Below are positions 8,039 to 17,340 of a stretch of DNA of 34,648 nucleotides, in pieces. The notes beneath the pieces are model-generated. The model was not told where the DNA came from, searched no databases, and was given only the letters and a program-made list of their open reading frames with translations. This DNA is from Candidatus Pacearchaeota archaeon (lineage in GTDB: Archaea; Nanobdellota; Nanobdellia; Pacearchaeales; GW2011-AR1): NCBI GenBank assembly GCA_038891475.1, contig JAWAEI010000001.1, positions 1 to 34,648 on the forward strand. Direction: 5' to 3'. The first letter of the stretch is position 1; each line of letters opens with the position of its first letter. The position numbers were made by a program, and so were the translations under genes.

Positions 8039-9313
8039 TTAATAATAACTTTCACCAAACTCCTCTTTCTCTGGCTTCTTTGTAAGGAGCACTATCAACA
8101 CAACTACTAATATGATAAAGATTATTGCGAGCAAAATTGTTATAACTAAAATCAGATTACTGCTACCGCCTTCCGCTGTCTTAATAACAAAAGCTGTTGC
8201 CTCTTTTACACTAGAGGGGGGCTTAGTAAACTCAAGAGTCTCCACAACCTTATCATCAGGAGTTAAAATGCTTACAAAATATTTTTGTTGGCTAGATACT
8301 TTAGATTCTGCTTCAACCGTAACACTCTTACTTGAGTAAGGAGGTATAGCAACAAGATACTCGCTAACCCTAACAGAAACTTCACTTGTTGATTGGGGAA
8401 CAATTCTATAAACTTTTATTTCATTTGTTGGATTTATTATAAGTAGTTGATTACCTGAAACGATAAAGTTTCCAGCTGGATATTTATTCATTATCTCAAT
8501 TTCATATACTTTATTAAAAATCGCCTTTTCTCCAACAACCTCTATTTCAAGAGCATAACGACCAGATTTTGCTTCATTTGGAATTTCAAACAAGAACCTA
8601 ATGCTCTTGGTTGTCTCTTTACTTTCCCAACACTTTCTAGATATATTAATTCCCCAGTTCTCTTCCGGCGTTGCGTCTTTATCACACTTTAAAGCAATTA
8701 AATCTCCTATAAAAGATGTTTGTTCAATACCTAATGCAGGAATACGCGCTTTAACAAATAAATCCTTCAAGTCATTATAACCTATGTTCCTAAAAACAAT
8801 ATCAACAGGAACAATATCACCAGAATTAATTATTTTTGGTGCGTTAAGTGATACAAATTCAACTTTGTATGACTCTCTCTGAACTCTGATTTTATAAGGT
8901 CCAAAGTCATCCCTAACACCTCTTCCCTTAATAGTAATTGTTAAATGAGCAAAGTCGCTAAGGGTATCCTCTAAATCAAATGGAACTTCTATAGATAGAC
9001 TCTGAACATATCTCTTGCCTTCTTCTACATTAAAAAATTTCGTTTTTTTAACTATATTTTTATTCTTTGTTTCTAATTCTATCTCTACATAAATATTTTG
9101 AGAATTAATTAATGAATCAAATCTAACTTCCACTACAATAAGTTCATTAGACACAACTGAAAGGGGGGTAATAGATACAACATCTCCCCCTACATCAACA
9201 CCGTTTACTAAAATCCTAACATTATCTGCGATATCACGAGCGCTTATGCTCGTTGCAAAGAGTAGAATGCTCATAAAGACGGTGAGTAGGGCTGAAATTC
9301 TTTTTGCGTCCAT
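8039..9313 (-). CDS. Cell-surface (S-layer-like) protein with an N-terminal signal peptide and a C-terminal transmembrane anchor
   Basis: It has a signal-like N-terminus (MDAKRISALLTVFMSILLFATSISA), a long beta-rich body, and a C-terminal hydrophobic helix (LILVITILLAIIFIILVVVLIVLL) followed by KKPEKEE. The ATG at 9313 is preferred over the TTG at 9319. A tttataaa box at 9355-9362 lies upstream. Confidence 0.6.
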   Translation of the reverse strand: MDAKRISALLTVFMSILLFATSISARDIADNVRILVNGVDVGGDVVSITPLSVVSNELIVVEVRFDSLINSQNIYVEIELETKNKNIVKKTKFFNVEEGKRYVQSLSIEVPFDLEDTLSDFAHLTITIKGRGVRDDFGPYKIRVQRESYKVEFVSLNAPKIINSGDIVPVDIVFRNIGYNDLKDLFVKARIPALGIEQTSFIGDLIALKCDKDATPEENWGINISRKCWESKETTKSIRFLFEIPNEAKSGRYALEIEVVGEKAIFNKVYEIEIMNKYPAGNFIVSGNQLLIINPTNEIKVYRIVPQSTSEVSVRVSEYLVAIPPYSSKSVTVEAESKVSSQQKYFVSILTPDDKVVETLEFTKPPSSVKEATAFVIKTAEGGSSNLILVITILLAIIFIILVVVLIVLLTKKPEKEEFGESYY

Positions 9314-9401
9314 TCTCAAAATTTATCCTTTAATGTTTTTTATAAAAAGAGACTATTTATAAACTTTATTGTGATGACATATAATATTAATCAGAGAGTA
9401 A

Positions 9402-10199
9402 TTAAGTGCTCGACTCTTTCTTATATATTTCAAGACCAACTAAAGAATCTTCAACCGGAAAAGGACTCTCATTTATTATTATAATCTCTCTGTTTTTTGT
9501 TAAATTTAGAGAAGATAATCTGGAGATAAGTTTTTCCCATTCCTCTTTCTTTGTTTGAATGTGACTTCTTTCTCCAAGGGAACCGTACTCTATCCCAGAA
9601 AAATGTATATGTAACTCTTTATATTTTCTAAATTTCTCGAAAACTTCATTAAATTTATACTCCTTATATCTAGCAAGGATATGTGCGAAATCTATACAAA
9701 AATCGCAACCCGTTTCTAACGAAAGTTTATAAATCTCATCAATCCCGCCAAAAACATTAACTTTTCCCATCATCTCCGGCGCTAATTTTGGGGTGTATCT
9801 CTCGGTTTTGCATTTCTCTTTTATCTCTAGAATTCTCTTTTTTATATTCTCATAAGCAATTTCCCTATTATTACCGTAATAACCACAATGAAACACAACC
9901 CTATGTGCCCCAAGCCATGTTCCAACTTCACAACATTTTAAAATTCTCTCTTTACTCTTCTCCACCTTTTTTTTATCTCCTGAATTCAAATTAATCCAAT
10001 AAGGTGCGTGTATGCTTAGTTTTATTTTTAATTTTCTTGCGATGTTTCCTATACGAACGGCATCATCTTTTTTGTTTATGTAGATACTATAAGTAAAAGG
10101 TATTTCACATGCTCTTAAACCTAATCTATAATACGTACTTAAATTAGCTAAGGCCTCATTCACGCCCCCCAATCCGGCTGGGCCAAAATAAATAGGCAT
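9402..10199 (-). CDS. nfo: Endonuclease IV-like AP endonuclease (xylose-isomerase-like TIM barrel)
   Basis: 265 aa. HAPYWINLNS, VVFHCGYY, CIDFAHI and LHIHFSG fit the metal-ligand pattern of the Endo IV/AP endonuclease 2 family. Confidence 0.7.
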   Translation of the reverse strand: MPIYFGPAGLGGVNEALANLSTYYRLGLRACEIPFTYSIYINKKDDAVRIGNIARKLKIKLSIHAPYWINLNSGDKKKVEKSKERILKCCEVGTWLGAHRVVFHCGYYGNNREIAYENIKKRILEIKEKCKTERYTPKLAPEMMGKVNVFGGIDEIYKLSLETGCDFCIDFAHILARYKEYKFNEVFEKFRKYKELHIHFSGIEYGSLGERSHIQTKKEEWEKLISRLSSLNLTKNREIIIINESPFPVEDSLVGLEIYKKESST

Positions 10200-10267
10200 A
10201 TTAATCTTTAGTTATTAATAATAAAAAACTTTCTATACCCTCTAAGTCTATACCTTTCTAAGCAATT

Positions 10268-11431
10268 TTATATTTTTATTAACCTAATCTTTGTCTCTGT
10301 TGTGTCAAAATTGTTACCTAAGATAATCTTGATTCCAAAATCTTCCGCTAATTTTATAATGTCCGCTTTAACAAAGTCGTATATTATTAAATACTCGGGC
10401 TTATTCACAAGTTTCTTAAGAGTATTGGAAAAGGATCTTAATGAGACTTTTTTTATTTCATTCATGTTTTTATCTAAAAAGATAACTTTTCCTAGTTCTT
10501 TATTGCCTTCCGCAATAGTTCTTAAGTTTTTTATTACTTCGTGATCAAAACCTTTATATCCAAAAGAACCGGAATCTGTTTGGATTCCGGTTCTGTAATC
10601 CTCTTTAAAACGTCTCTCTTTTTCTAAAAAATCTTCGACAGGTACCTTCTTTCTTAACAATTGAAGAACTTCTTTACTCGTCAACTCCTCAACTTCTTTT
10701 CCATCTGGAGCTATACAAACATAAGATATCTTTGCGTTCTCGAGCACATTTTGTAAGATTAATCTTCCCCCTCTATCTCCGTCTACCATAATAGTTAATC
10801 TCTTTTCTTCACCTAATTTCTTTATACTATCTGGTAGTTTTGTTCCATTCATTCCTATAACGTTTTTAACACCAGATCTTAACAGATTCAAAACGTCTGC
10901 CCTTCCTTCAACAACAATTATCTCATCTGCAGACAAATCACCACAAGGAAGCTTTTCATCCCCATACTCATTAAGATCAGAGGTTTTTATATACTCTTTT
11001 ACCTCTTTTGATATTTCCTTTGAATCAATCTTACCTGCCATCTCTGCCATTAGCTTCTTGGCCCTTTCAATTATATACTCTCTTTTTGTACCTCGAACAT
11101 CCTCTATTCTTTCTACTTCTACCTGGGCATCACACGGGCCTATCTTTTCGATTGTTTCTATAGCAGCAGCAACAAGCGTTGTTTCTGACTGATCAAGGGC
11201 GGTAGGAATTTTTATTTTACCAAAAGTAATTTTATCTTTCCTTTCTATCTCAACCTCAATCCTACCTATTTTCCCTTCTTTTTGAAGCTCCCTCATTTCT
11301 AAATCTGCTCCAAGAAGACCTTCTGTTTGTCCAAATATAGCCCCTATTATGTCTGGCTTCTCTAAGGCCCCTTCTACTCTAAAGGTCGCGTGTATCATAT
11401 ATTTTATGGAAACCGGGCTTATCTTTGCCAT
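10268..11431 (-). CDS. dnaG: Archaeal DnaG-type primase (Toprim domain)
   Basis: 387 aa. KYMIHATFRVEGALEKPDIIGAIFGQTEGLLG is the archaeal DnaG N-terminus. The Toprim motifs are VVEGRADVLNL and MVDGDRGG. A GGAG lies 5 nt upstream of the ATG. Confidence 0.9.
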   Translation of the reverse strand: MAKISPVSIKYMIHATFRVEGALEKPDIIGAIFGQTEGLLGADLEMRELQKEGKIGRIEVEIERKDKITFGKIKIPTALDQSETTLVAAAIETIEKIGPCDAQVEVERIEDVRGTKREYIIERAKKLMAEMAGKIDSKEISKEVKEYIKTSDLNEYGDEKLPCGDLSADEIIVVEGRADVLNLLRSGVKNVIGMNGTKLPDSIKKLGEEKRLTIMVDGDRGGRLILQNVLENAKISYVCIAPDGKEVEELTSKEVLQLLRKKVPVEDFLEKERRFKEDYRTGIQTDSGSFGYKGFDHEVIKNLRTIAEGNKELGKVIFLDKNMNEIKKVSLRSFSNTLKKLVNKPEYLIIYDFVKADIIKLAEDFGIKIILGNNFDTTETKIRLIKI

Positions 11432-11723
11432 TTTAACTCCTTTTTTATTTTAATTATATGAAATCTAAAAGATTCCTAAGAAATATATTTATCCCTAATA
11501 CTTCCTACAAACAAAATGCTAAGGGATGAACGTGAGTGTGATCTTGAATAGAGATAAATATACTTCTCTTTTTTAAGAGGGAAAATTGCTTTTTAAGTTT
11601 TTCTATTTTTTAGATAAACTTAACTCCACGTGTGTCTTAAGTATTCTGCAAAATATATGAAAAAGGTTACGAGAATGATAATCCTAAAAACTGTAGTAAC
11701 AAGAAAAAAATTACTAAACCTAA

Positions 11724-12308
11724 CTAAACAACAGATCTCTTCTCAATAGTATTTTTTAATTCACTATACTCTTTAATCTTTCCTAACTTCTCATAAAGAT
11801 GAAGTAATCTTCTTCTAAATTCGTCTCTTTCCTCTGCACTTATTTTCATTTCTAATAATTTTTCATATATCCTTGCTGCCTGCCCTCTTTTCATATTTTT
11901 CTCATAAAACTCGGCCTTGTTCTTATAAAAATCTTTTATATTATTATAAATCTCTTGTCTTTTTGAGTTTGTAGGTGCTTCTCCTATAGCCTTCTTTACA
12001 GCATCGTCTGCCTTTACAAAATCACTTCCTTTTATATACATTTCAGCTTCTCTTACAAAATAATTTATTTTATCAGAAATAGATGTTGAAATTATCGCTG
12101 CGCGATTATAATATTTTGCAGCTTCTATAGGCATTTCGACGCTCTCATAAAGTTCTGCAAGCTTTAGAAAAACAAATCTTTTTATATCTGTATTTAGAGA
12201 TTGTTGCTTAAGAAATCTTGTTAAATAATCTATTTGAACATACTTACCCTTCTTAGATAATTCCTTCTCAATCTCACTTTTAGTCATATCTGGTCTAAGC
12301 ACTTCCAT
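11724..12308 (-). CDS. Hypothetical all-helical (TPR-like) protein
   Basis: 194 aa with repeated A/Y/K-rich helical hairpins (AAKYYNRAA, AEMYIKG, AARIYEKLL). No specific family was recognised. Confidence 0.45.
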   Translation of the reverse strand: MEVLRPDMTKSEIEKELSKKGKYVQIDYLTRFLKQQSLNTDIKRFVFLKLAELYESVEMPIEAAKYYNRAAIISTSISDKINYFVREAEMYIKGSDFVKADDAVKKAIGEAPTNSKRQEIYNNIKDFYKNKAEFYEKNMKRGQAARIYEKLLEMKISAEERDEFRRRLLHLYEKLGKIKEYSELKNTIEKRSVV

Positions 12309-12364
12309 TTTGACTTAATTATAATATAAAATAATAGTTTTTAAGTATTACTCTTTTTAAATAT

Positions 12365-12966
12365 CTAAAACCTAACATGATATTCTCTCAACCTCTCTTC
12401 GAGATTTTTATAATTCTTAAACAAAATTCCTTTAATTCCTAATACCTCTGCACCCTCAATATATGTAGGATTATCATCAATAAAAATAACTTCATTAGGG
12501 GTGGAATCCATTTTCTTCATAGCCCTTATATATATCTCTGCCTCCGGCTAAACCACTCTTTCGAAACAAGAAAGAATAAATGAATCAAAAATATGGTGAT
12601 ATTTTTTATAACAAAAATAATTTAAAACGGGCAATTCTGTATTTGACAAAATTCCTATTTTGTAGCCCCCTTCTTTTAACTTCATACTAAGAGAAAAAAT
12701 GTCTGCCCTTTCTTTTGCAACATTTATGAAAGCATCCGCCCATAATGATTTAGTCTTGGGAGGCTCGGTTTTAAGAATTTTACAAACATTTGCCAGAGGT
12801 CAGATTCAAGTATCTTCCCTCTTTGAAATCTTTCAAAATATAGAAGAAAAGCCCTTTCAAAATCTTCCTCACTTACTCTCAGTTTCATAGCACAGTACTT
12901 AAACAAATCTCTTATAGGATCTTCTATTAAAACTCCGCCACAATCAAACAAGATAGTTCTAATCAT
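12365..12966 (-). pseudogene. HAD-superfamily (subfamily IA-like) hydrolase pseudogene with one frameshift and one in-frame TAG
   Basis: The N-terminal part is ORF 12724-12966 (MIRTILFDCGGVLIED, HAD motif I). It continues only in another frame: ...KTEPPKTKSLWADAFINVAKERADIFSLSMKLKEGGYKIGILSN (motif II)...FDSFILSCFERVV*PEAEIY...VIFIDDNPTYIEGA (motif IV). The TAG at 12548-12550 replaces the conserved motif III Lys (K-P). Confidence 0.8.
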
Positions 12967-12996
12967 TCAAGTTAAAAATATAGTAAGATAATAACT

Positions 12997-14280
12997 TTAT
13001 TTTTTCTTTACTATCTCAGTACAGATACCTGCTCCAACTGTCTGCCCAGCGTCTCTTATAGCAAATCTACTCATGTATGGATTATCTTTTTGAAGTTCAA
13101 TACATAAATTACCTTTTGCCCTAATTCTAACCTTTGCAGAATCGCCATTCTTTAAGAAATCTGGATTTTTTTCTACTACTTCCCCTGTTCTTGGATCAAT
13201 TTTTTCAATTAACTCGACAAATTGACATGGTACTTGGGTTGTATGAACATGAAAAACCGGAGTATATCCTTTAGCCAGTACTGTTGGATGGTTTATGACC
13301 GTTATAGTTGCTATAAACTCCTCAACTACAGGCATGGGCTTTCCAACATCACAAATAACATCTCCTCTTTCAATATCTTTTTTACCAACACCTCTTATAT
13401 TTACACCAACATTATCTCCTGCCCTCGCCTCAGATAGTGCTTCATGATGCATCTCTATAGATCTAACCTCACCTTCGATACCCTTACCCGTTCGTCCAGG
13501 AAGTATTATTACTTTTTGACCAACTTTCATTACACCACATTCGACTTTTCCAACAGGCACCGTCCCAATCCCAGTTATTTCATAAACATCTTGGATAGGC
13601 ATTCTAAGTGGCAAATCCACTGCTAATTGAGGTTCTGGGAACAAATCAAATTGCTCTAAAACAGTTGGCCCTTTATACCAACTCATTTTTTCAGACCTCT
13701 TTGCTACGTTGTCGCCTTTCAAACCAGAACATGCAATGAAATTAGTAGTATCTGGATTTATCCCCACACCTTTTAGCAATTGACTTATCTCTTTTTTTAG
13801 TTGATTAAATCTTTCTTCTTTATAATCAACAGCATCCATCTTATTTATTGCTACTGCAATATTTTTTACACCCATGGTTCTTAATAACCATAAATGCTCG
13901 GTGGTCTGAACTTCAATTCCAGAAGGAGCGGAAATTACTAAAAAAGCGCTATCTGCTTGGCTTGCTCCAGTAATCATATTTTTGACAAAGTCTCTATGAC
14001 CTGGCGCATCAATAATAGTTATCTGATATTTCTGCGTCATTATTTTTCTATAAGCTAAATCTATTGTAACACCCCTTTCTCTCTCTTCCTTAATTTTATC
14101 CATAACATAAGCAAACTCAAACCCAACTTTTCCGTACTTCTCTGCTTCCTGAACTAATCTTTTCATTTCTTGTTCTGATACAATACCTGTATCAAAAAGA
14201 AGCCTTCCAACTATAGTAGATTTTCCAGCATCTACATGACCAACAAACACGACATTCATATTTGGTTTTTCTCTCGCCAT
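12997..14280 (-). CDS. tuf: Translation elongation factor aEF-1 alpha
   Basis: 427 aa with [17 protein letters not shown] and NKMD GTPase motifs. The full-length similarity is to aEF-1alpha/eEF1A. Confidence 0.97.
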   Translation of the reverse strand: MAREKPNMNVVFVGHVDAGKSTIVGRLLFDTGIVSEQEMKRLVQEAEKYGKVGFEFAYVMDKIKEERERGVTIDLAYRKIMTQKYQITIIDAPGHRDFVKNMITGASQADSAFLVISAPSGIEVQTTEHLWLLRTMGVKNIAVAINKMDAVDYKEERFNQLKKEISQLLKGVGINPDTTNFIACSGLKGDNVAKRSEKMSWYKGPTVLEQFDLFPEPQLAVDLPLRMPIQDVYEITGIGTVPVGKVECGVMKVGQKVIILPGRTGKGIEGEVRSIEMHHEALSEARAGDNVGVNIRGVGKKDIERGDVICDVGKPMPVVEEFIATITVINHPTVLAKGYTPVFHVHTTQVPCQFVELIEKIDPRTGEVVEKNPDFLKNGDSAKVRIRAKGNLCIELQKDNPYMSRFAIRDAGQTVGAGICTEIVKKK

Positions 14281-14327
14281 CTCAACACAAAATCTCTAAG
14301 AATTTTATTAATGAAAAAAAAATAGGT

Positions 14328-14340
14328 TTATAAAGATTTC
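14328..14340 (-). promoter_or_regulatory. BRE/TATA promoter of tuf (GAAATCTTTATAA on the coding strand)
   Basis: The same 13-mer as upstream of the two tRNAs lies 48-60 nt upstream of the tuf ATG at 14280. That implies a 5' UTR of roughly 20 nt. Confidence 0.55.
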
Positions 14341-14420
14341 TGTTACCTCATAAACAAATTTAATAAATCCAAGACTAATCTCTATTAATTTATCATCAGA
14401 AAATCACTCTAAAACTTGTT

Positions 14421-15047
14421 CTAAAAAATCAGAGGTTTTTTATCTAAAAAATAGAGAAACAAAAAAGTTAGGGATAGGCCAATAAAATATCCCCCAATAA
14501 TATCACTAAACCAATGAACGTTTATGTAAATTCTGCTAAATCCTATAATAAAAACCAGAGAAAGAATCATAAGAAATAAAAGACTTCTGATAAAATTATT
14601 TTTTATTTTATCTTGGTAAAAGTATATCAATAAAGAAAAAAGAATTGTCGAAGAAATAGCGTGCCCACTTGGAAAACTATTTCCATTTTCTAAAATAATC
14701 TGTGGTCTTTCTTTAGGTATCAAATACTTTAAAAAATTTTCAATAACTAAACCAGTAATTAGAGTAATAATTAATACAAAGAAGTCCCTCCTTCTCTTAC
14801 TAAGAAACAATATAAAAAAAAGTATCACAGAAATAAGAATAATAAAAATCCTAGAGTAATTTCCTAAAAAAACAAAAAAATTATTAGCCCACCTTGGAAG
14901 CGCATCTCTTACCAATACCATTTTTTTGTTTACCATATAATCTATTTTTGGGGGATAGGAAAATAAGTTAATTAGTATAACAATTAAAAATAAAAATAAG
15001 AATATAATCCCTAAAGTTAGATATTTTTTATTTATTCTGTCATTCAT
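14421..15047 (-). CDS. PAP2-family membrane phosphatase (phosphatidic acid or undecaprenyl-diphosphate phosphatase-like)
   Basis: A polytopic membrane protein with the PAP2 motifs KYLIPKERP, SFPSGHA and SRIYINVHWFSDIIGG. The ATG at 15047 lies 1 nt after the aEF-2 stop (tgaaATG). The ORF track's TTG at 15062 would overlap aEF-2 by 14 nt. Confidence 0.8.
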   Translation of the reverse strand: MNDRINKKYLTLGIIFLFLFLIVILINLFSYPPKIDYMVNKKMVLVRDALPRWANNFFVFLGNYSRIFIILISVILFFILFLSKRRRDFFVLIITLITGLVIENFLKYLIPKERPQIILENGNSFPSGHAISSTILFSLLIYFYQDKIKNNFIRSLLFLMILSLVFIIGFSRIYINVHWFSDIIGGYFIGLSLTFLFLYFLDKKPLIF

Positions 15048-15048
15048 T

Positions 15049-17238
15049 TCATTGATTCTCACTCAATCCTTTCCTCTCTCTTATCCTTCTTATAACTTCT
15101 GGTTGTAAAGTTGGGGGAAGTTTCTCGAATAATTGGTCTACCAAAAAAGAAGCTCCTCTACCCTCTGTTGCACTTCTTAAATCACTTGACCAACCGATCA
15201 TCTCTGCTACTGGAAGTTTTGCCTTTACTTCTGAATCTGACTCTGTTTGTTTTACTTCTAACAACTGCCCTCTTTTACTCCCAATAAGCTTTGTTATCTC
15301 ACCTAAAAACTTGTTTGGAATTTCTATTAAATAGATCTGTAATGGTTCTAAAAGATGTGCACCCGCTTTCTTCATAGCTTCAATAATCGCTTCTCTAACC
15401 GCTGGATAAACCTGTGCTGGGCCCCTATGAATTGCATCTTCATGAAGTTTAGTATCTACAAGAGAAACTTTTACTTTTATACAAGGTTCCCTCGCCAACG
15501 GACCCTGATTCATCACCATTTCAAAAGCATCAGTAACCATTTCTATAACCTCACCTATGTGTACTTCTCCTCGTGTCTCGTCTAAGAATAAATTTCCTTT
15601 GTAAATGTCTCTTATGTTTCTTATCATATCTCCACTCCAACCAAGTTTTGAAAAAGCTTTGAAAATTTCATCACTCTTCTTTTTTATTCTTCCTTCTTTA
15701 ATTTCGCCGCTCTTTATCGCATCATAAACTTTATCCTCTAACGGTTCAACTTTTATATAAAATATATTGTGCTTATTTGGGCTTCTCCCCTCCATGACAG
15801 GCGATTCTTTTGAGATGGTTTCTCTATAAACCACTATAGGTGGAGATGTTTTTACATCAAGTCCTTTTTCTGTTTTTATCCTATTCTCTATTATCTCAAG
15901 ATGAAGTTCTCCCATACCAGAGATAAGACTTTCGCCAGTTTGTTCATTTATCTCAACTCTAATAGAAGGGTCTTCTTTAGAAACCTTTTTTAATATCTCA
16001 ACAAGCTTAGGTAAATCTAACGTATTTTTAACTTCTATGGCTTTTGTTATAACTGGTTCAAAAATATGTTTTAGCTCTTCAAATGGAACTTCTGGTTCAA
16101 GGGTAATCGTTTCACCAGCCTCACCACTAACTCCAGATATAGCAATGACATTACCGCAAGTAATCTCTTCTACTTGTTCTGGTTTTATACCATTGTAAAT
16201 GAATAACTGTTGAATTTTTTGTCTTTTATTAGCCAAATTCAAATAAACCTCTGTTCCTGTTCTTAACGTACCGGAAAAAAGCCTTCCAGCAGAAACCTCT
16301 TTTCCACTTCTAGGTTCTATAACAATTCTCGTTATAACAAAAGCTGGCTTTCCATTTATATCACAATTAAGAAGAGATCTTCCAAAATCAGAATCTAACT
16401 CGCCCTTCCATATTTTTGGTATTCTATATTTTTGCGCCTCTATTGGACTTGGAAGATGTTTAACTACCATATCAAGTAAAACTTCATAAAGAGGGGAATT
16501 TTTCCATACCCATTCCTTTCTCTCCGCTTCGTCCATCTCATAAATTTTAAATATGTCTTTAAATCCAATACCTTTTTTTTGCATATATGGTAAAGATAAA
16601 GCCCAGTTCTCCCTTGCAGAACCAAAAGCAACACTTCCCGCTTTAATATCAACAAGCCATTTTTCTTTAAATTCCGGCTCAGCCATTTTTTCTATTAATT
16701 CATTAAATTCATGAAATATTTTCATAAATCTTTCCTGCATCTGTTCTGGAGTCAACTTTAATTCTTTGATAAGACGATCCACTTTATTAATGAACAGAAC
16801 CGGTTTTACTCTTTCTCTTAAAGCTTGTTTTATTACAGTCTCTGTCTGCGGCATGATTCCTTCAACAGCACACACAAGAACAACAGTCCCATCAATAGCT
16901 CTCATCGCCCTTGTAACATTTCCAGAAAAATCAACATGCCCAGGGGTATCAATTAAATTAATTAAGTACTCTTCTCCTTGATAATTATGAACCATGGAAA
17001 CATTAGCTGCATCTACTGTCATCAGTCTCTCCTGTTCATCTGCATGCTGCCAAGTAGCCATTCCTTTCTCTAAATCTCCAGCTGCTTTGGCAGCCATATA
17101 TCCTGCAGCTGCGAGAAGATTGTCTGTCATCGCGGTTTTTCCGTGATGTATATGTGCCGAGGTAGCTATATTTCTTATATTCTCTCTCTTCTTACTTATC
17201 CTTTTTATCTTCTCTAATTGTGTTTCTCTTTCCGCCAT
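15049..17238 (-). CDS. fusA: Translation elongation factor aEF-2
   Basis: 729 aa with GTPase motifs AHIHHGKT, DTPGHVDF and NKVDR. The diphthamide-site context is HEDAIHRGPAQ. The full-length similarity is to aEF-2/eEF2. Confidence 0.96.
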   Translation of the reverse strand: MAERETQLEKIKRISKKRENIRNIATSAHIHHGKTAMTDNLLAAAGYMAAKAAGDLEKGMATWQHADEQERLMTVDAANVSMVHNYQGEEYLINLIDTPGHVDFSGNVTRAMRAIDGTVVLVCAVEGIMPQTETVIKQALRERVKPVLFINKVDRLIKELKLTPEQMQERFMKIFHEFNELIEKMAEPEFKEKWLVDIKAGSVAFGSARENWALSLPYMQKKGIGFKDIFKIYEMDEAERKEWVWKNSPLYEVLLDMVVKHLPSPIEAQKYRIPKIWKGELDSDFGRSLLNCDINGKPAFVITRIVIEPRSGKEVSAGRLFSGTLRTGTEVYLNLANKRQKIQQLFIYNGIKPEQVEEITCGNVIAISGVSGEAGETITLEPEVPFEELKHIFEPVITKAIEVKNTLDLPKLVEILKKVSKEDPSIRVEINEQTGESLISGMGELHLEIIENRIKTEKGLDVKTSPPIVVYRETISKESPVMEGRSPNKHNIFYIKVEPLEDKVYDAIKSGEIKEGRIKKKSDEIFKAFSKLGWSGDMIRNIRDIYKGNLFLDETRGEVHIGEVIEMVTDAFEMVMNQGPLAREPCIKVKVSLVDTKLHEDAIHRGPAQVYPAVREAIIEAMKKAGAHLLEPLQIYLIEIPNKFLGEITKLIGSKRGQLLEVKQTESDSEVKAKLPVAEMIGWSSDLRSATEGRGASFLVDQLFEKLPPTLQPEVIRRIRERKGLSENQ

Positions 17239-17340
17239 TTTTATAATCAGAAAAAAATGTTTTTAAATGTTTTTAAGATAGATTAAATTGCTATCAAAAA
17301 GCAACATCATTAATTATAAAAAATAAAACTTATTCGTTAA

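Noticed and set aside
11432-11723. A 290-bp intergenic region examined for a small RNA (C/D-box sRNA or other)
   Set aside because: Only degenerate box-like strings are present (GGATGA, TGATCT, TTGA). There is no proper RUGAUGA...CUGA pairing of boxes and no GC-rich structured core. It probably holds only the dnaG promoter and Shine-Dalgarno sequence plus the upstream gene's terminator.
12548-12550. In-frame TAG at a conserved lysine position, possibly read as pyrrolysine or otherwise recoded
   Set aside because: TAG is used as an ordinary stop elsewhere in the window (the rps10 and SMC-like genes end in TAG). The same gene also carries a frameshift, so simple decay is the more economical reading.
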